A DNA stretch of 64,000 nucleotides from Octopus sinensis (taxonomy: Eukaryota), in the NCBI RefSeq assembly GCF_006345805.1, contig NC_042997.1, forward strand, positions 146,754,001-146,818,000. Direction: 5' to 3'. Positions 40,054-53,486 of this stretch are shown piece by piece (within the stretch, counting starts at the first letter, position 1; each line of letters opens with the position of its first letter). The notes under the pieces are model-generated. The model had not been told where the DNA came from, did no database searches, and saw only the letters and a program-made list of their open reading frames with translations. The translations under genes and the position numbers were made by a program.

Positions 40054-40421
40054 TAAGGGTACAAATTTATATTAATCAATTAAAACCAATGGCCGAGCAT
40101 ATTTTAAAAAAATCCGAAGATTAAAAAATTCTTTTTTTACATACAAAATTTAGAGAACTGACCACTAAAAGTGGACAGCCTATATGCTTGATATAGACGT
40201 CAAATCGCCATTTTCTACGAAGAATGTGTTCTCGAGAAAAAACTCAGTAAAAAACCAAAGTGTACAATAAGCAAGAAAAATGAAAATATACGAAATAAAA
40301 AACGATTACCTATGTACTAATTAGTTTACGTATATGAATACGTAAACACCTGCAAGATCATCAGTATAGTCTGTCGTTTACAAAACACAAATTGTGTAGG
40401 CTGTCCACTTTTAGTGGTCAG

Positions 40422-40472
<51 letters not shown>

Positions 40473-40558
40473 TCTTATTCTTTTACTTGTTTCAGTCGAA
40501 CAAATCGACCCTAGGGCTTATTCTATCGGCTCTTTTGCCAAAACCACATAAGCACACG

Positions 40559-40628
<70 letters not shown>

Positions 40629-40641
40629 CATATACACAAAC

Positions 40642-40674
<33 letters not shown>

Positions 40675-40744
40675 AGTAAATATATGGCAACAACGAAGTA
40701 CTGATATTTACTGGAAATAGCGAACGTCTATTGCTTTACTAATT

Positions 40745-40784
<40 letters not shown>

Positions 40785-40919
40785 CTATATACATATATAT
40801 CAAATGCCAGTGCTTACAATGAATAGTTGGTTGCTGGTAAATTCTCCCGTTAGGTAATTCCGTGTCTCCTATTCAGGACGGTGAAGATTCCTTAGAGTGT
40901 ACAACAACAACAACAACAC

Positions 40920-40955
<36 letters not shown>

Positions 40956-40965
40956 TAATAATAAT

Positions 40966-41518
40966 GCCCTGATGCAGTGCCAGGCAGTGGCTCACGTGGC
41001 TTCTGATCTTAACTGATTGGAAGTGTTATCATGTACATTGCTTTGTCTTGGTATAAAAGATGGGCTACAGCAAATATTCTGCTCAATACCACAGATTTGC
41101 TTCTCAGTTGTTTGACCGTAACTAGTTGAGCGTGTCCCTTAATGGCTGACGATAAGTGCATCTCTGATCACGAGCAGAAGTAGTGGGGGAGCATCGTAGC
41201 CATGAGTTGAGAGGAGTTCTTTGGGGTGTGGATAATTCACCTTTGGAAACATGGGTGTTTTGTTCAAAATCCTTAAACAACCGTTATTCAGAGACCATTT
41301 GAACGGGATGGGCTACTCGACCAGAAGAAAATTCTAACTGCCCCCACCTGCAGGGTCATGCGCTGTTTATCTTGATATGAGATCACCATGTCGCGCACAT
41401 ATGGTTCTGATGCATGTGCCTGGTGTACCCTTATCACACGGGTAGTCATAATGGTTATGCTGGGTTTCGTATATTTTACCTCTGTGTCGCTTTGATAGCA
41501 TGTACTGCTCTCTCACTC
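40966..41518 (+). mobile_element. ~550-bp non-coding element flanked on both sides by (AAT)n
   Basis: (AAT)n-GCCCTGATGCAG..CTCTCTCACTC-(AAT)n. Inverted partial copies at 42821-43075 and 5280-5563. Strand assignment is arbitrary. Confidence 0.75.
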
Positions 41519-41770
41519 AATAATAATGATGATAATAATATTAATCCTTTTAAATATAGGGCACAAGGTTTGAAATTTGGAGGAGGGGTATAGTCAATTA
41601 CATCGACCCTAGTAGTCAACTGATAGTTAATTTATCGACCCTGAAAGGATGAACGGCAAAGTCAACCTCGGTAGAATTTGAATTCAGGACATAGCGGCAA
41701 ACGGAAATATTACAAAACATTTCGACCGGCATGCTAGCGATTCTGCCAGATCGCCGTCTTAATAATAAGA

Positions 41771-41809
<39 letters not shown>

Positions 41810-41811
<2 letters not shown>

Positions 41812-42090
41812 AAGTGGGGGCTAGAGAGAGGCAAGACGTGGTATGAGCACAAACCGCAGAGAGTGGTGGAGTGAGAGACTAGCAAAATCCCCTGGGATTT
41901 CCCAATCCAAACAGATCAGGTGCCAGAGCATAACAGACCGGACTTAGTGGTGGTGGGCAAGATGCACCACGTATGCTAAATAGTTGATGTGGACAAGGTG
42001 CAACACGTATGCTAAATAGTTGACGTTGCAAGGCTCTTTGACCCACGAATAGTCAAGAAGGAATGCGAAAAAATAGACAAATATAACTTA
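41810..42090 (+). pseudogene. R4/Dong-type LINE restriction-like endonuclease fragment
   Basis: WYEHKPQRVVE..KIPWDFPIQTDQ..HNRPDLVVV..IVDVA. Confidence 0.8.
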
Positions 42091-42416
42091 CTTATTTAAT
42101 CGACCCCGAAAGGATGAAAAGCAAAATCGACCTCGGCGGAATTTGAACTCAGAACGTAGCAGCAGACGAAATACCTGTTTCTTTATTACCCACAAGGGGC
42201 TAAACATAGAGGGGACAAACAAGGACAGACAAACGGATTAAGTCGATTATATCGACCCCAATGAGTAACTAGTACTTAATTTATCGACCCCGAAAGGATG
42301 AAAGGCAAAGTCGACCTCGGCGGAATTTGAATTCAGAACGTAGCGGCAGACGAAATACGGCTACGCATTTCGCCCGGCGTGCTAACGTTTCTGCCATCTC
42401 ACCGCCTTGCTATCAA

Positions 42417-42766
42417 TAATAAGTATGGAGGCTCGTACATCCACTATTTTTATTTCACAGTTATACACAGCATATTACAATGACCTATACGTGTATCCAC
42501 TGCAGCGACTGCACATTGTTGTCGATGCAACTTTGCAATATTGTCAGGTAGCAACACCCCCACCTTCTGCGCAAAAAAAACTTTCTTCAACCAGTTCACT
42601 TCGAAGAAAACCAAATGGACGGACCCTGAAGAAATAGCGCTGACAATATTGCAACTTGGCATCGGCAACAATGTACAATTGCTGCAATGGATACACGCGT
42701 AGGTCATTGTAATATGCTGTGTATAACTGTAAAATAAAAATAGTGGATGTACATTTCTCCATACTA

Positions 42767-42770
<4 letters not shown>
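42417..42770. mobile_element. MITE / fold-back element with ~130-bp inverted arms in AAT context
   Basis: AGTATGGAG..TACATCCACTATTTTTATTT..CAATATTGTCAG pairs with CTGACAATATTG..AAATAAAAATAGTGGATGTAC..CTCCATACT. Confidence 0.8.
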
Positions 42771-42820
<50 letters not shown>

Positions 42821-42863
42821 GAGTGAGAGAGCAGTGCATACCATCAAAGTCACACTGGGGTAA

Positions 42864-44948
42864 AATATACGAAGCCCAGTATATCCATCATGACTACCCG
42901 TCTGATAAGGGTACACTAGGCACATGCATCACAACCATATGTGCGTGACATGGTGATCTCATATCAAGATAAACAGCACATGACCTTGCAGGTGGGGCCC
43001 AGTTAAAATTTTCTTTAGGTCGAGTAGCCCATCCCGCTCAAAAGTTCCATCAATAAGGGTTGTTTAAGGATTTTGAATGTAAATCAGAACGTAACGGCAG
43101 ACGAAATACCGCTAAGCATTTCGCCCGGCGTGCTAACGATTCTGCCAGCTCACCACCTACTCGTGTACTTTTAATGTACATCTCTGGCGAAATCAGTAAA
43201 CTCTATCCGTCGATCTTCTACACAGTTTTTTAACTTCCTAATTTCACTCACAATGTATGGCCGAACCGAACCTAAAGAAAATTACACAGATCGCACTTCA
43301 AGACCAGTTACTGCAACAGCCTGGGTTTCAGAAGCCCACAGCCTTTTAATATTCTCCCAAAGAGCCTGAGGAACCTGTACAAAGTAGATGTAGGTGTTTT
43401 TAAATCAAAGCTGGATATCTTCCTGTCGAGAGTCCCATATGAACCTACCTCACGGCAAGAGGTGCAAATGAGGGTAGCTACATCAAACTCCATTCTTTAC
43501 CAAGTGCTACATATTAGAGAAGGCTCTCAGTAATAACAGTGTAGCAAAACAGCGGTGCATCAGCATGGCCGCAGCTCTGAGCTGAAACTAGAGAAAAAAA
43601 AAGATCTATAGGTCATGCGGTGGAATCGAATTCGAGACTTCGTGATTCCTAAGCGAACCATTCGACGATGTTGTACCGTAAAAAATTTACGTATACAGTA
43701 AATGAAAATACATGAACAAAAGTCGACTGCTCAGTATGATTGCAGAATCAATTACACAGCGTATCCTAAAAATATATATATACTCACATTGATTGATTAC
43801 GATATTAGCGTTTATTAAAATATATATTGTCTTCAAAATTTAAGAGAATCTACAGTTTAATTNNNNNNNNNNNNNNNNNNNNNNNNNNNNNNNNNNNNNN
43901 NNNNNNNNNNNNNNNNNNNNNNNNNNNNNNNNNNNNNNNNNNNNNNNNNNNNNNNNNNNNNNAATATACGAAAGCCCAGTATATCCATCATGACTACCCG
44001 TTCTGATAAGGGTACACTAGGCACATGCATCACAACCATATGTGGGACATGGTGATCTCATATCAAGAAACAGCACATGACCTTGAGGTGGGGCCCAGTT
44101 AAAATTTTCTTTAGGTCGAGTAGCCATCCCGCTCAAAAGTTCCATCAATAAGGGTTGTTTAAGGATTTGAATGTAAATCAGAACGTAACGGCAGACGAAA
44201 TACCGCTAAGCATTTTCGCCCGGCGTGCTAACGATTCTGCCAGCTCACCACTACTCTGTGTACCTTTAATTACATCTCTGGCGAAATCAGTAACTCTATC
44301 CGTCGATCTTCTACACAGTTTTTAACTTCCTAATTTCACTCACAATGTATGGCCGAACCGAACCTAAAGAAAATTACACAGATCGCACACTTCAAGACCA
44401 GTTACTGCAACAGCCTGGGTTTCAGAAGCCCACAGCCTTTAATATTCTCCCAAAGAGCCTGAGGAAACCTGTACAAAGTAGATGTAGGTGTTTTTAATCA
44501 AAGCTGGATATCTTCCTGTCGAGAGTCCCATATGAACTACCTCACGGCAAGAGGTGCAAATGAGGGTAGCTACATCAAACTCCATTCTTACAAGTGCTAC
44601 ATTTAGAGAAGGCTCTCAGTAATAACAGTGTAGCAAAAAACGAGGTGCATCAGCATGCCGCAGCTTGAGCTGAAACTAGAGAAAAAAAAAGATCTATAGG
44701 TCATGCGGTGGAATCGAATTCGAGACTTCGTGATTCCTAAGCGAACCATTCGACGATGTTGTACCGTAAAAAATTACGATACAGTAAATGAAAATACATG
44801 AAAAAAGTCGACTGCTCAGTATGATTGCAGAATCAATTACACAGCGTATCCTAAAAATATATATATACTCACATTGATTGATTACGATATTAGCGTTTAT
44901 TAAAATATATATTGTCTTCAAAATTTAAGAGAATCTACAGTTTAATTT
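42864..44948. other. 100-N scaffold gap (43863-43962) with ~1 kb of overlapping sequence duplicated on either side
   Basis: 42864-43862 matches 43963-44948, with mostly 1-bp indel differences. Confidence 0.92.
43305..43600 (+). mobile_element. CR1/L2-group LINE extreme 3' end and UTR (duplicated at ~44400-44690)
   Basis: YCNSLGFRSPQPFNILPKSLRNL..FKSKLDIFLSRVPYEP..RVATSNS; the UTR ends GCGGTGCATCAGCATGGCCGCAG..CTGAAAC. Confidence 0.8.
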
Positions 44949-45116
44949 GGTATGGACATGGTATGAAGGAAGAAATATGAGTTACGGTAGCTTCGTGGAG
45001 TGTTGCTCCTATGATATCGTATAATATTTCAGTGACTAATTACGTTAATGTTTAACTCCATCGTGAAGCTATTGAATAATACCAATATATAGAGTTTGTA
45101 CTGATGTACATATATA

Positions 45117-45517
45117 TAGGCGTAGGAGTGGCTGTGTGGTAAGCAGCTTGCTTACGAACCATATGGTTCTGGATTCAGTCCCACTGCGTGGCACCTTTAG
45201 CAAGTGTCTTCTACTACAGCTTCGGGCCGACCAAAGCCTTGAGTGGATTTGGTAGCTGGAAACTGAAAGAAGCCCGTCGTATATATGTATATATATTATA
45301 TATATGTATGTGTGTGTGTATATGTTTGTGTGTCTGTGTTTGTACCCCCCAACATCGCTTGACAACCGATGCTGGTGTGTTTACGTCCCCGTGTTCTAGC
45401 GGTTCGGCAAAAGAGACCGATAGTACTATTCTTACAAACAATAATCCTCGGTCGATTTGCTCGACTAAGGTGGTGCTCCATCATGGCCACAGTAAAATGA
45501 CTGAAACAAGTAAAGAG
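45117..45517 (+). mobile_element. Family-A SINE
   Basis: Full head-to-tail match. Confidence 0.85.
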
Positions 45518-45518
45518 T

Positions 45519-45562
<44 letters not shown>

Positions 45563-45618
45563 ATATATATATACATTTGGTACACATAAATATATATATC
45601 TATAATATATATTATATA

Positions 45619-45657
<39 letters not shown>

Positions 45658-45678
45658 TATGTGGTACACGAGTATGTG

Positions 45679-45712
<34 letters not shown>

Positions 45713-46084
45713 CGCTTATTAAATGAGTCTGGTACATATTCTATTGGACCGAAAATTTACTAGGACATAAACTAACCAGCACTGGTTATCAATCAGTGGT
45801 GGGGAAAGGCGTAAATACAAAAACACAAATACAACTCACACACACACACAAACTTTCAGTTTTTGCCTACCAAAACCATTCACGAGGCTTTGGTCACCCC
45901 GTGTCTCTAGTAGACAACAATAGTAAACTATGGCCCAATGTACCACGCAGTGGGACTGAACCCGAAAACATATGCCATGTATTTAGAAATCAGAACTGTT
46001 AACACACAGCCACGCCTTCGCCTATGTATGTATGTATGTATGAATCAACCCTTTGTAAATTCTGATACAGCTATTTTTTCACAA

Positions 46085-46340
46085 AAGAACATGTGCAACC
46101 TGTGGAAAGGTATGCCATTCAGTTGGAAGATTAAAAAGACTTCATATTGTCAAAAGACTTCATATTGTGACACCAGTTCCTTCTGCCAGCCAGCACAACT
46201 GTGCATTATGCAATAAAATGTGAAAATCTTTGGCAGGGCTCAAGAGTCATAGAAGGGCTTCACATTGCATAATCAATGACTCGTTTCAATGACTCTTTCT
46301 AGCAATGGCTTTGCTCGTACACGAGAAAGCGGCCACTATG
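46085..46340 (+). pseudogene. Decayed C2H2-like LINE (RTE-type) C-terminus
   Basis: TCATCGKVCHSVGRLKR and KSLAGLKSH remnants. Confidence 0.35.
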
Positions 46341-46384
46341 TATGTATGTGTGTATAGATGACTGGATGGATGGATGGATGGATA

Positions 46385-46592
46385 CAGAGTCCACCCAAAA
46401 AATCTTTACTCACTTCAAGGAAGAAAAAATCTGTAAAAATATTTAACTTATATATGTAACTCTATAAAAATAAATATTTCTTTCGATGTTTTATCAAATT
46501 GCAATGACTGAATAAATTCAATAACATAGAATTTAAATATTTATACAGATTTTTCCTTTCCTGAAGTGTGTAGACAATTTTGGCGGACTCTG
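46385..46592. mobile_element. Tc1/mariner-type MITE with ~60-bp TIRs and TA TSD
   Basis: TA-CAGAGTCCACCCAAAA..AAAATCTGTAAAAATATTTAA pairs with TTAAATATTTATACAGATTTT..TTTTGGCGGACTCTG-TA. Confidence 0.85.
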
Positions 46593-46962
46593 TATATACA
46601 TACATATATATATATATATACATATGTGTGTGTGTTTATACATACATGTATGTATGTATGTATGTATGTATGTATGTATGTATGTATGTATGTATGGATG
46701 GATGGATGGATGGACATACATACATATATATATCGGTAAAATTTTTTATACGCTAGCCATTGATATAATCATTTTAATGAATATATCCTCAATTTATAAG
46801 TATATTATAAATATATATATATATGTAAATGTGACGATTGGATTTTTAATTTTGGTTTTATTACGTATAGCTGCCTATGTCATTTTATGTGTGTATAGTA
46901 TGTATACACACACACACACACACACACACACCCACACACATATATATATATAATATATATTA

Positions 46963-46993
<31 letters not shown>

Positions 46994-47543
46994 CATATAT
47001 ACTCATTGAAGTCTGTTCACCTTTTGCAAAAAAAGTTTAGGTATACATACATATATAGTTTTTTTATTAAGAAATTTATTTTCTTAACAGTTAAGCTGGC
47101 TGTTAACACACCGATCCCTACACTTTTAAAAATATTCAAATTTAAATATTAACTTAAATTCAGTGGTTCTATACATTGGTATTATAACGAACATATATAA
47201 TTCCCACTTCATTCCATTATCCTAGAACTACACCTCCACAGCTCACCTTGTAATACCTTTTTTTTTTTTTTTTGCATTATCATTTCTCTGGTTACTATTT
47301 GCTTCTGCCATGTTTGTTGTGAATGTTCTTTGGCTTTGTATATCCGGAAATAAGCATCGAGTTTCTTTGGATTCTTGACATAGGCATTTCTAAGAGTTAT
47401 ATCAACTATAACACATCAAAAATATATACATATATGCACACACACCACACACCACACACACATATACACACACACAAACACATATATATATATATACATA
47501 TATATATAATATATATATATTATATAATATTATATATATTATC

Positions 47544-47575
<32 letters not shown>

Positions 47576-47737
47576 TAATATACGCAATGTATATGCATTT
47601 ATATATACATAATATTTATATAGATATGTATATATATATATGCACATTATGTATGTACAATATGAATACTTATATACACATGCATATATATATATTATAT
47701 ATATATATACAACTATAAATAAGGGCACAACGAAAAA

Positions 47738-47995
47738 ATTTCTAATGCCAACATATGCCGAAAATTGGACATATTGTCCATTTACATATAATTGTTTCTC
47801 AGTACGCACGCTACTCGAAAAAAGGCCGACAGAAATTTCTAAAAAATTCCATTATTACCATATCGGACAGATTTCAGGGTTAGTTCAAAAAGAACCCCCC
47901 TTCGTCAGTGATACATGTGTCGAAGAAGAGCGGGAAAAAATGATATGGTAAATGGACAATATGTCCAATTTTCGGCATATTTGGCATTAGAAATT
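47738..47995. repeat. Inverted repeat (~46-bp arms) enclosing a hammerhead
   Basis: TTTCTAATGCCAA..GGACATATTGTCCATTTA pairs with TAAATGGACAATATGTCC..TTGGCATTAGAAA. Confidence 0.85.
47861..47913 (-). ncRNA. Type I hammerhead ribozyme motif with GUC triplet
   Basis: Minus strand reads TATCA-CTGACGA-AGGG..GTTC-TTTT-GAAC..CCCT-GAAAT-CT-GTC-CGATA. Stem II is AGGG/CCCT; stem I pairs at 4 of 5 positions. Confidence 0.65.
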
Positions 47996-48195
47996 TATAA
48001 TTTAACCTTTATATTTGTTTATAATTTGTTTATTATTTGTTTATAATTTGTTTATAATTTAACCTTTAAAGGTATTTTAATATGCTGGCCATTGATTAAA
48101 CTTTTTTTCGAAAAAATGTTATCCTACATTAGATATATATATATATATAAACATATGCATTATATATATATACCTTATATTCATATAAAAATATA

Positions 48196-48932
48196 GATTA
48201 ATCAGCCGAAATTGCGAGGTTCTTGACTGAAGATAGAAAACTTCGAATGACCCGTTCTTGTTTTTCTTTTGTATCGTCTATGTGGATGTTTTGTTGTCCC
48301 CACTTTGTATCACTAGTTGTCCGGACGTTTTCCGTTCTTGTCCATATTGTATTATATATGATATATATATATAGATATTATATATATATATATATATCTA
48401 TATATATATCGGCGCACGTATACTTGTACATGAATACATGTACATGTGTGTGTTGGTGTGTGTGTTGTGTGTGTGTGTGTGTGTGTTGTGTGTGTGGTGT
48501 GTGTGTGCGCGCGTGTGATAAATATATGTAGAAACATAGAGTACTCTATGCGTAATTCTTCACAATAATAATTTCACGGGTAAGAATATTCTTGGAAGAT
48601 CGAGTTTTTATTTGTTTGTTTGGTTTTTAATATTTACAAATTATGTCAAAATAGATATGATTTTTTTTGTCTCATGTTTGAAATTCTCAGCGTAATTTCT
48701 TTGCTTTTTGTTTTTAGCGAAGAACGAAAGAACTTTGTATTACTTAGATATTCCATTTATAAGTACAGTTTTAGTTCTATGCTACCGCATGTCCGATCGC
48801 TGAATTTCTAGTTTTTAGATTTTTCGTACTCGGCGAATAAATCCTTTCTGGGATAATTTCAAATCACACCACACACAACACCCACATATATATATATATA
48901 TATTATATTATATATATATATATATATATATA

Positions 48933-48975
<43 letters not shown>

Positions 48976-49230
48976 AGAGAACAAAGTATCGTGCGCCGAT
49001 ATATATATATGGGACCGAACGGAAAACGTCCGGACAACTAGGTGATACAAAATGGGACAACAAAAAATCCAGATAGACGATACAAAAAAAAAAACAAGGA
49101 CGGGTCATTCGAAGTTTCTATCTTCAGTCAAGAACCTCGCAATTTAGGCTGATTAATCTTGAGATTGCTCATTGTTGGTCTTTTTATCACCTAGTTGTCG
49201 GATGTTTTGCGTTCTTGTCCCATTTTGCAT
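48196..49230. repeat. Inverted repeat with ~150-bp arms (48196-48345 / 49014-49160) plus a partial third arm
   Basis: GATTAATCAGCC..TTCGAATGACCCG..CTAGTTGTCCGGACGTTTTCCGTTC and its reverse complement. Confidence 0.85.
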
Positions 49231-49277
49231 TATATATATATATATATAGATATATATATATATATATATATTATACA

Positions 49278-49517
49278 CGAATAAGAAGGGATAACAACTA
49301 GGTGGATAACCAAATGCTAGAAGAAAATCACATACGATCTAACTACAAAGAAAAGAATGTTCTCTAGAGAAATTCAGCAAACACCAGAACATAAACTTAT
49401 GTTCTTGTATTTGCTGAATTTTTCTAGAGAACATTCTTTTCCATTATGGTTAGATCGTAGGTGATCTATTTCTAGCATATTGAATGTCCATTTAGTGGTC
49501 ATCCCTTCTTATTCGCA
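49278..49517. repeat. ~240-bp fold-back hairpin; family related to 40040-40430 and 62060-62190
   Basis: CGAATAAGAAGGGAT..AGAACATAA-AC-TTATGTTCT..ATCCCTTCTTATTCG. Adjacent ATATGCTAGGCCACTGGTTTT is shared with ~62128 and, inverted, with ~40085. Confidence 0.8.
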
Positions 49518-49647
49518 TGTAATACAATTTTTCTAAATTTTCAGGTTTTTCTATATGCTAGGCCACTGGTTTTAAATTGATGTTAATTAAATTAATATTC
49601 GATTTATCACCCTCATTATTTTAAATTTTATATATAATATATATAGG

Positions 49648-49745
<98 letters not shown>

Positions 49746-50296
49746 CATGTATATATGGGTACAGGACGTCACCAACGGTGCAAATAACATACATGAGAGA
49801 TAGCTACAAGACGTAGACTGTAATTACAGGACAAAAACAACTGAAATACGTAAACAACGAGAAAAAAATGGAAAACAGGACAAGTTAACAGGAAAAAGGG
49901 ACCCTTCATCAGTTGCCGGTTATCTAACTACTACTCATTTCGAGCATTCAGGCGACAATATGAGTCTTGAAAGAAAGTAGCTCCCATAAATTCTAAAATG
50001 AAATGTAGGATTTATGGAGGATCGAAGATGGGGAAAAAATTAACATAGTTTCACGCTATCGACCAGACTACCGGATGCTGTTATACATCGCTGGTCACGA
50101 TACACTTCACATCGTTTTTACTTTCGAAAGATGCTACCCTGCTGGCTATGTGAGCAAGCCAACATTCCCTCTGATCGGAAAAGTGAATGGAATGGAGCAA
50201 CGTGAAATTGTTTTGCTCAAGAACACAACGCAAAGCCGGTCTCAAAATCAAAACCACGACCTCACACCCTAAGCACTAGGCCACTTGCCTTCAGAA

Positions 50297-50766
50297 TAAG
50301 GCGGTGACCTGGCAGAAACGTTAGCACGCCGGGTGAAATGCATAGCCGTATTTCTTCTGCCGTTACGTTCAGAGTTCAAATTCCGCTGAGGTCGACTTTG
50401 CCTTTCATCCTTTCGGGGTCGATAAATTAAGTACCAGTTACGCACTGGGGTCGATATAATCGACTTAATCCGTTTGTCTGTCCTTGTTTGTCCCCTCTAT
50501 GTTTGGTCCCCTGTGGGCAATAAAGAAATAAGAATATATATTTATTCTTTTATTCGTTTATTTATTTCAGTTATTTGGCTGCGGCCGTGCTGGAGCACTG
50601 CATTTAGTCGAACAAATCGTCCCCAGGACTTATTCTTTGTAAGCCTAGTACTTATTCTATCGGTCTTTCTTTGCCGAACCGCTAGGTTACAGGGACATAA
50701 ACACACAAACATCGGGTTCAAGCGATGGTGGAAGACAAACACACACAAAAACATATATCTATATCT

Positions 50767-50797
<31 letters not shown>

Positions 50798-51290
50798 CAC
50801 GACGGAATCCTTTCTGTTTCCGTCTACCAAATCCACTCACAAGGATTCGATTGACCCGAGGCTATAGTAAAAGACACTTGCCCAAGTTTGCACGCAGTAG
50901 GACTGAGCCCGAGACCATGTGGCTGGGAAGCAAGCTTCTTACCACACAGCCATTCCTGTGCCTATACATGTGTATCAAAGTCTCATTATGCCCCCCGCTA
51001 GGCTGACACTTTTCTGCCGCAAGGTTCCTCATTTTTTCCAGCTGAGTGGACTGGAGCAATGTGAAATGAAGTGTTTCGCTCAAAAACACAAAACGTCTCC
51101 CGGTCCGGAAATCGAAAATACAATTTTATGATGACGACTGCATCATCCTAACATGATATTATTTATAGCTTTATGTGCTTCGAGATCCACCGTTCCAAAA
51201 ATGAATTATATTGTGTTCGCTCAAAAGTGTTTAAATTCTTATGACGTCAACAATAGATAGATTGATTGACTGATAGTTAGTTTAACAGAC

Positions 51291-51383
<93 letters not shown>

Positions 51384-51887
51384 TTGTTCTATGTTTTTAG
51401 TGGACTTGACAAATCCTAGGGATCTTGATACAGACGTGTTTTTCAATATATCACTCGATTTAAGACGGTAAGCTGGCAGAAACGTTAGCACGAAATGTTT
51501 AGCTGTATTTCGTCTGTCTTTATGTTCTGAGTTCAAATTCCGCCGAGGTCGACTTTGCCTTTCATCCTTTTGGGGCCGATTAAATAAGCACCAGTTACAC
51601 ACTGGGGTCGATATAATCGACTTAAAACCGTTTGTCTGTCCTTGTTTGTCCTCTCTGTGTGTAGCCCCTTGTGGGTAGTATAGAAATAGGTATTTCGTCT
51701 GTTTTTATGTTCTGAGTTCAAATTCCGTCGAGGTCGACTTTGTCTTTCATCCTTCCGGGGTCGATAAATTAAGTACCAGTGAAATACTGGAGTCGATGTA
51801 GTCGACAAGTCCCCTCCTCCCAAAAATTCCGGGCCTTGTGCTTTTAGTAGAAAGAATTATTATTATTGTTATTATTATTATTATTAT

Positions 51888-51952
<65 letters not shown>

Positions 51953-52180
51953 TTTCTCTTTCTCAAAGGTTTTGTTGGAGCAGACACGTTAGCACGCCGG
52001 GCGAAATGCTTAGCGGTATTTCGTCTGTCGTTACGTTCTGAGTTCAAATTCTGCCGAGGTCGACTTTGCTTTTCATCCTTTCGGGGTCGATCAATTAAGT
52101 ACCAGCTGTGTACTGGGGTCGATCTAATCGACTGGCCCCCTCCCCAAAAATTTCGGGCCTTGGGCCTAGAGTAGAAAAGA
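50297..52180. mobile_element. Cluster of SINEs: family B (50297, 51462, 51985 +), family A (50545-50962 -), family E fragment
   Basis: Consensus matches as above. Confidence 0.8.
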
Positions 52181-52734
52181 ATATACCTCTCGATGCATAT
52201 TTACAATACAGAAAGAGAGTTTTGTATGCATAATGCAGATCCAAGATCAGGATATAATTTAAAATACATGTAAAATACATGCAAAATATTCGTATAAATA
52301 TATGTATTGACAAAAATAAATAAATACAAGATGAAATGAATATAACAGCTTCGGATTTATTGCATTAATATTTCTTCGCCGGCCGGGAAAGAAAAATTAA
52401 AAAAGAACATTTTTACATGTATATTCTTACAAGTATATTAGATTACATTATTACCGTTATGAATTATGCATACAGTACTCGGTGAATCTGTAACATAAAG
52501 ATATGTATACACTTATATATTTGTTTAAATACATTTGCATATATTTAAACATATGTATGGAGAGATTGGCTGATATGTATTTGTGCCTCTGTGTGTGTGT
52601 ATGTGGTGGATTAAACGTACTGACACTGAGATTTTTAATTTTGAATTCTTTATCCTGAGTGGCCTCACCATGTTCCAATTAATTTCTCACCACGAACAAT
52701 ATATATCTATGCGGGTATTGGGGTTGGGCTGTGA

Positions 52735-52775
<41 letters not shown>

Positions 52776-53113
52776 GTGTGTGTGTATGTATATATATATA
52801 TGTATGTATGTATGTATATGTATGTATGTATGTGTGCGTGTATCTTTTATCTTTTTATCTTTTACACGTTTCAGTCATTAGACTGGGGCCATGCTGGGGC
52901 ACCACTTTGAAGAATTTTAGTCGAACGAATCAACCTTAGTACTTACATTTTTGAAAAGCCTGGTACCTATGCTGTTTGTCTCTTTTAACGAACCGCTAAG
53001 TTACAGGGACGCAAAAGCATCAACACCGGCTGTCAGGCCGTTGCCGGAGACAAACACAGATGAAAACACTCATATATCATCATCATCATAACAACAACAA
53101 CAACAACAACAAC

Positions 53114-53170
<57 letters not shown>

Positions 53171-53486
53171 TGATGAAAGAAACGGAAGATAGATTTAGCA
53201 CTAGTCAATAAAGACTAGTGCTGAATCTATCTTCCGTTTTCTTCATCGGTTATTATTATCTCAACTAACACTGCAGAATTCTTGACATAGATCCAGCGGA
53301 AATACGCCTTAACCGTGGATGACACCAGGTAGCCCAAACTTGTACGTGCTTTACCGGACACACTAATTGACATATACCCATTAGTCCAAAAACAATTATA
53401 TGTATATATACATATATGTGAAATTTAAGTGAATATTAGTCACTGGTAATTTAATATTTTAACTTATAGTGGTAATATATTAACGA

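Noticed and set aside
42864-44948. Biological tandem duplication
   Set aside because: It flanks a 100-N gap with ~1 kb overlap and indel noise, which indicates unmerged contig ends.
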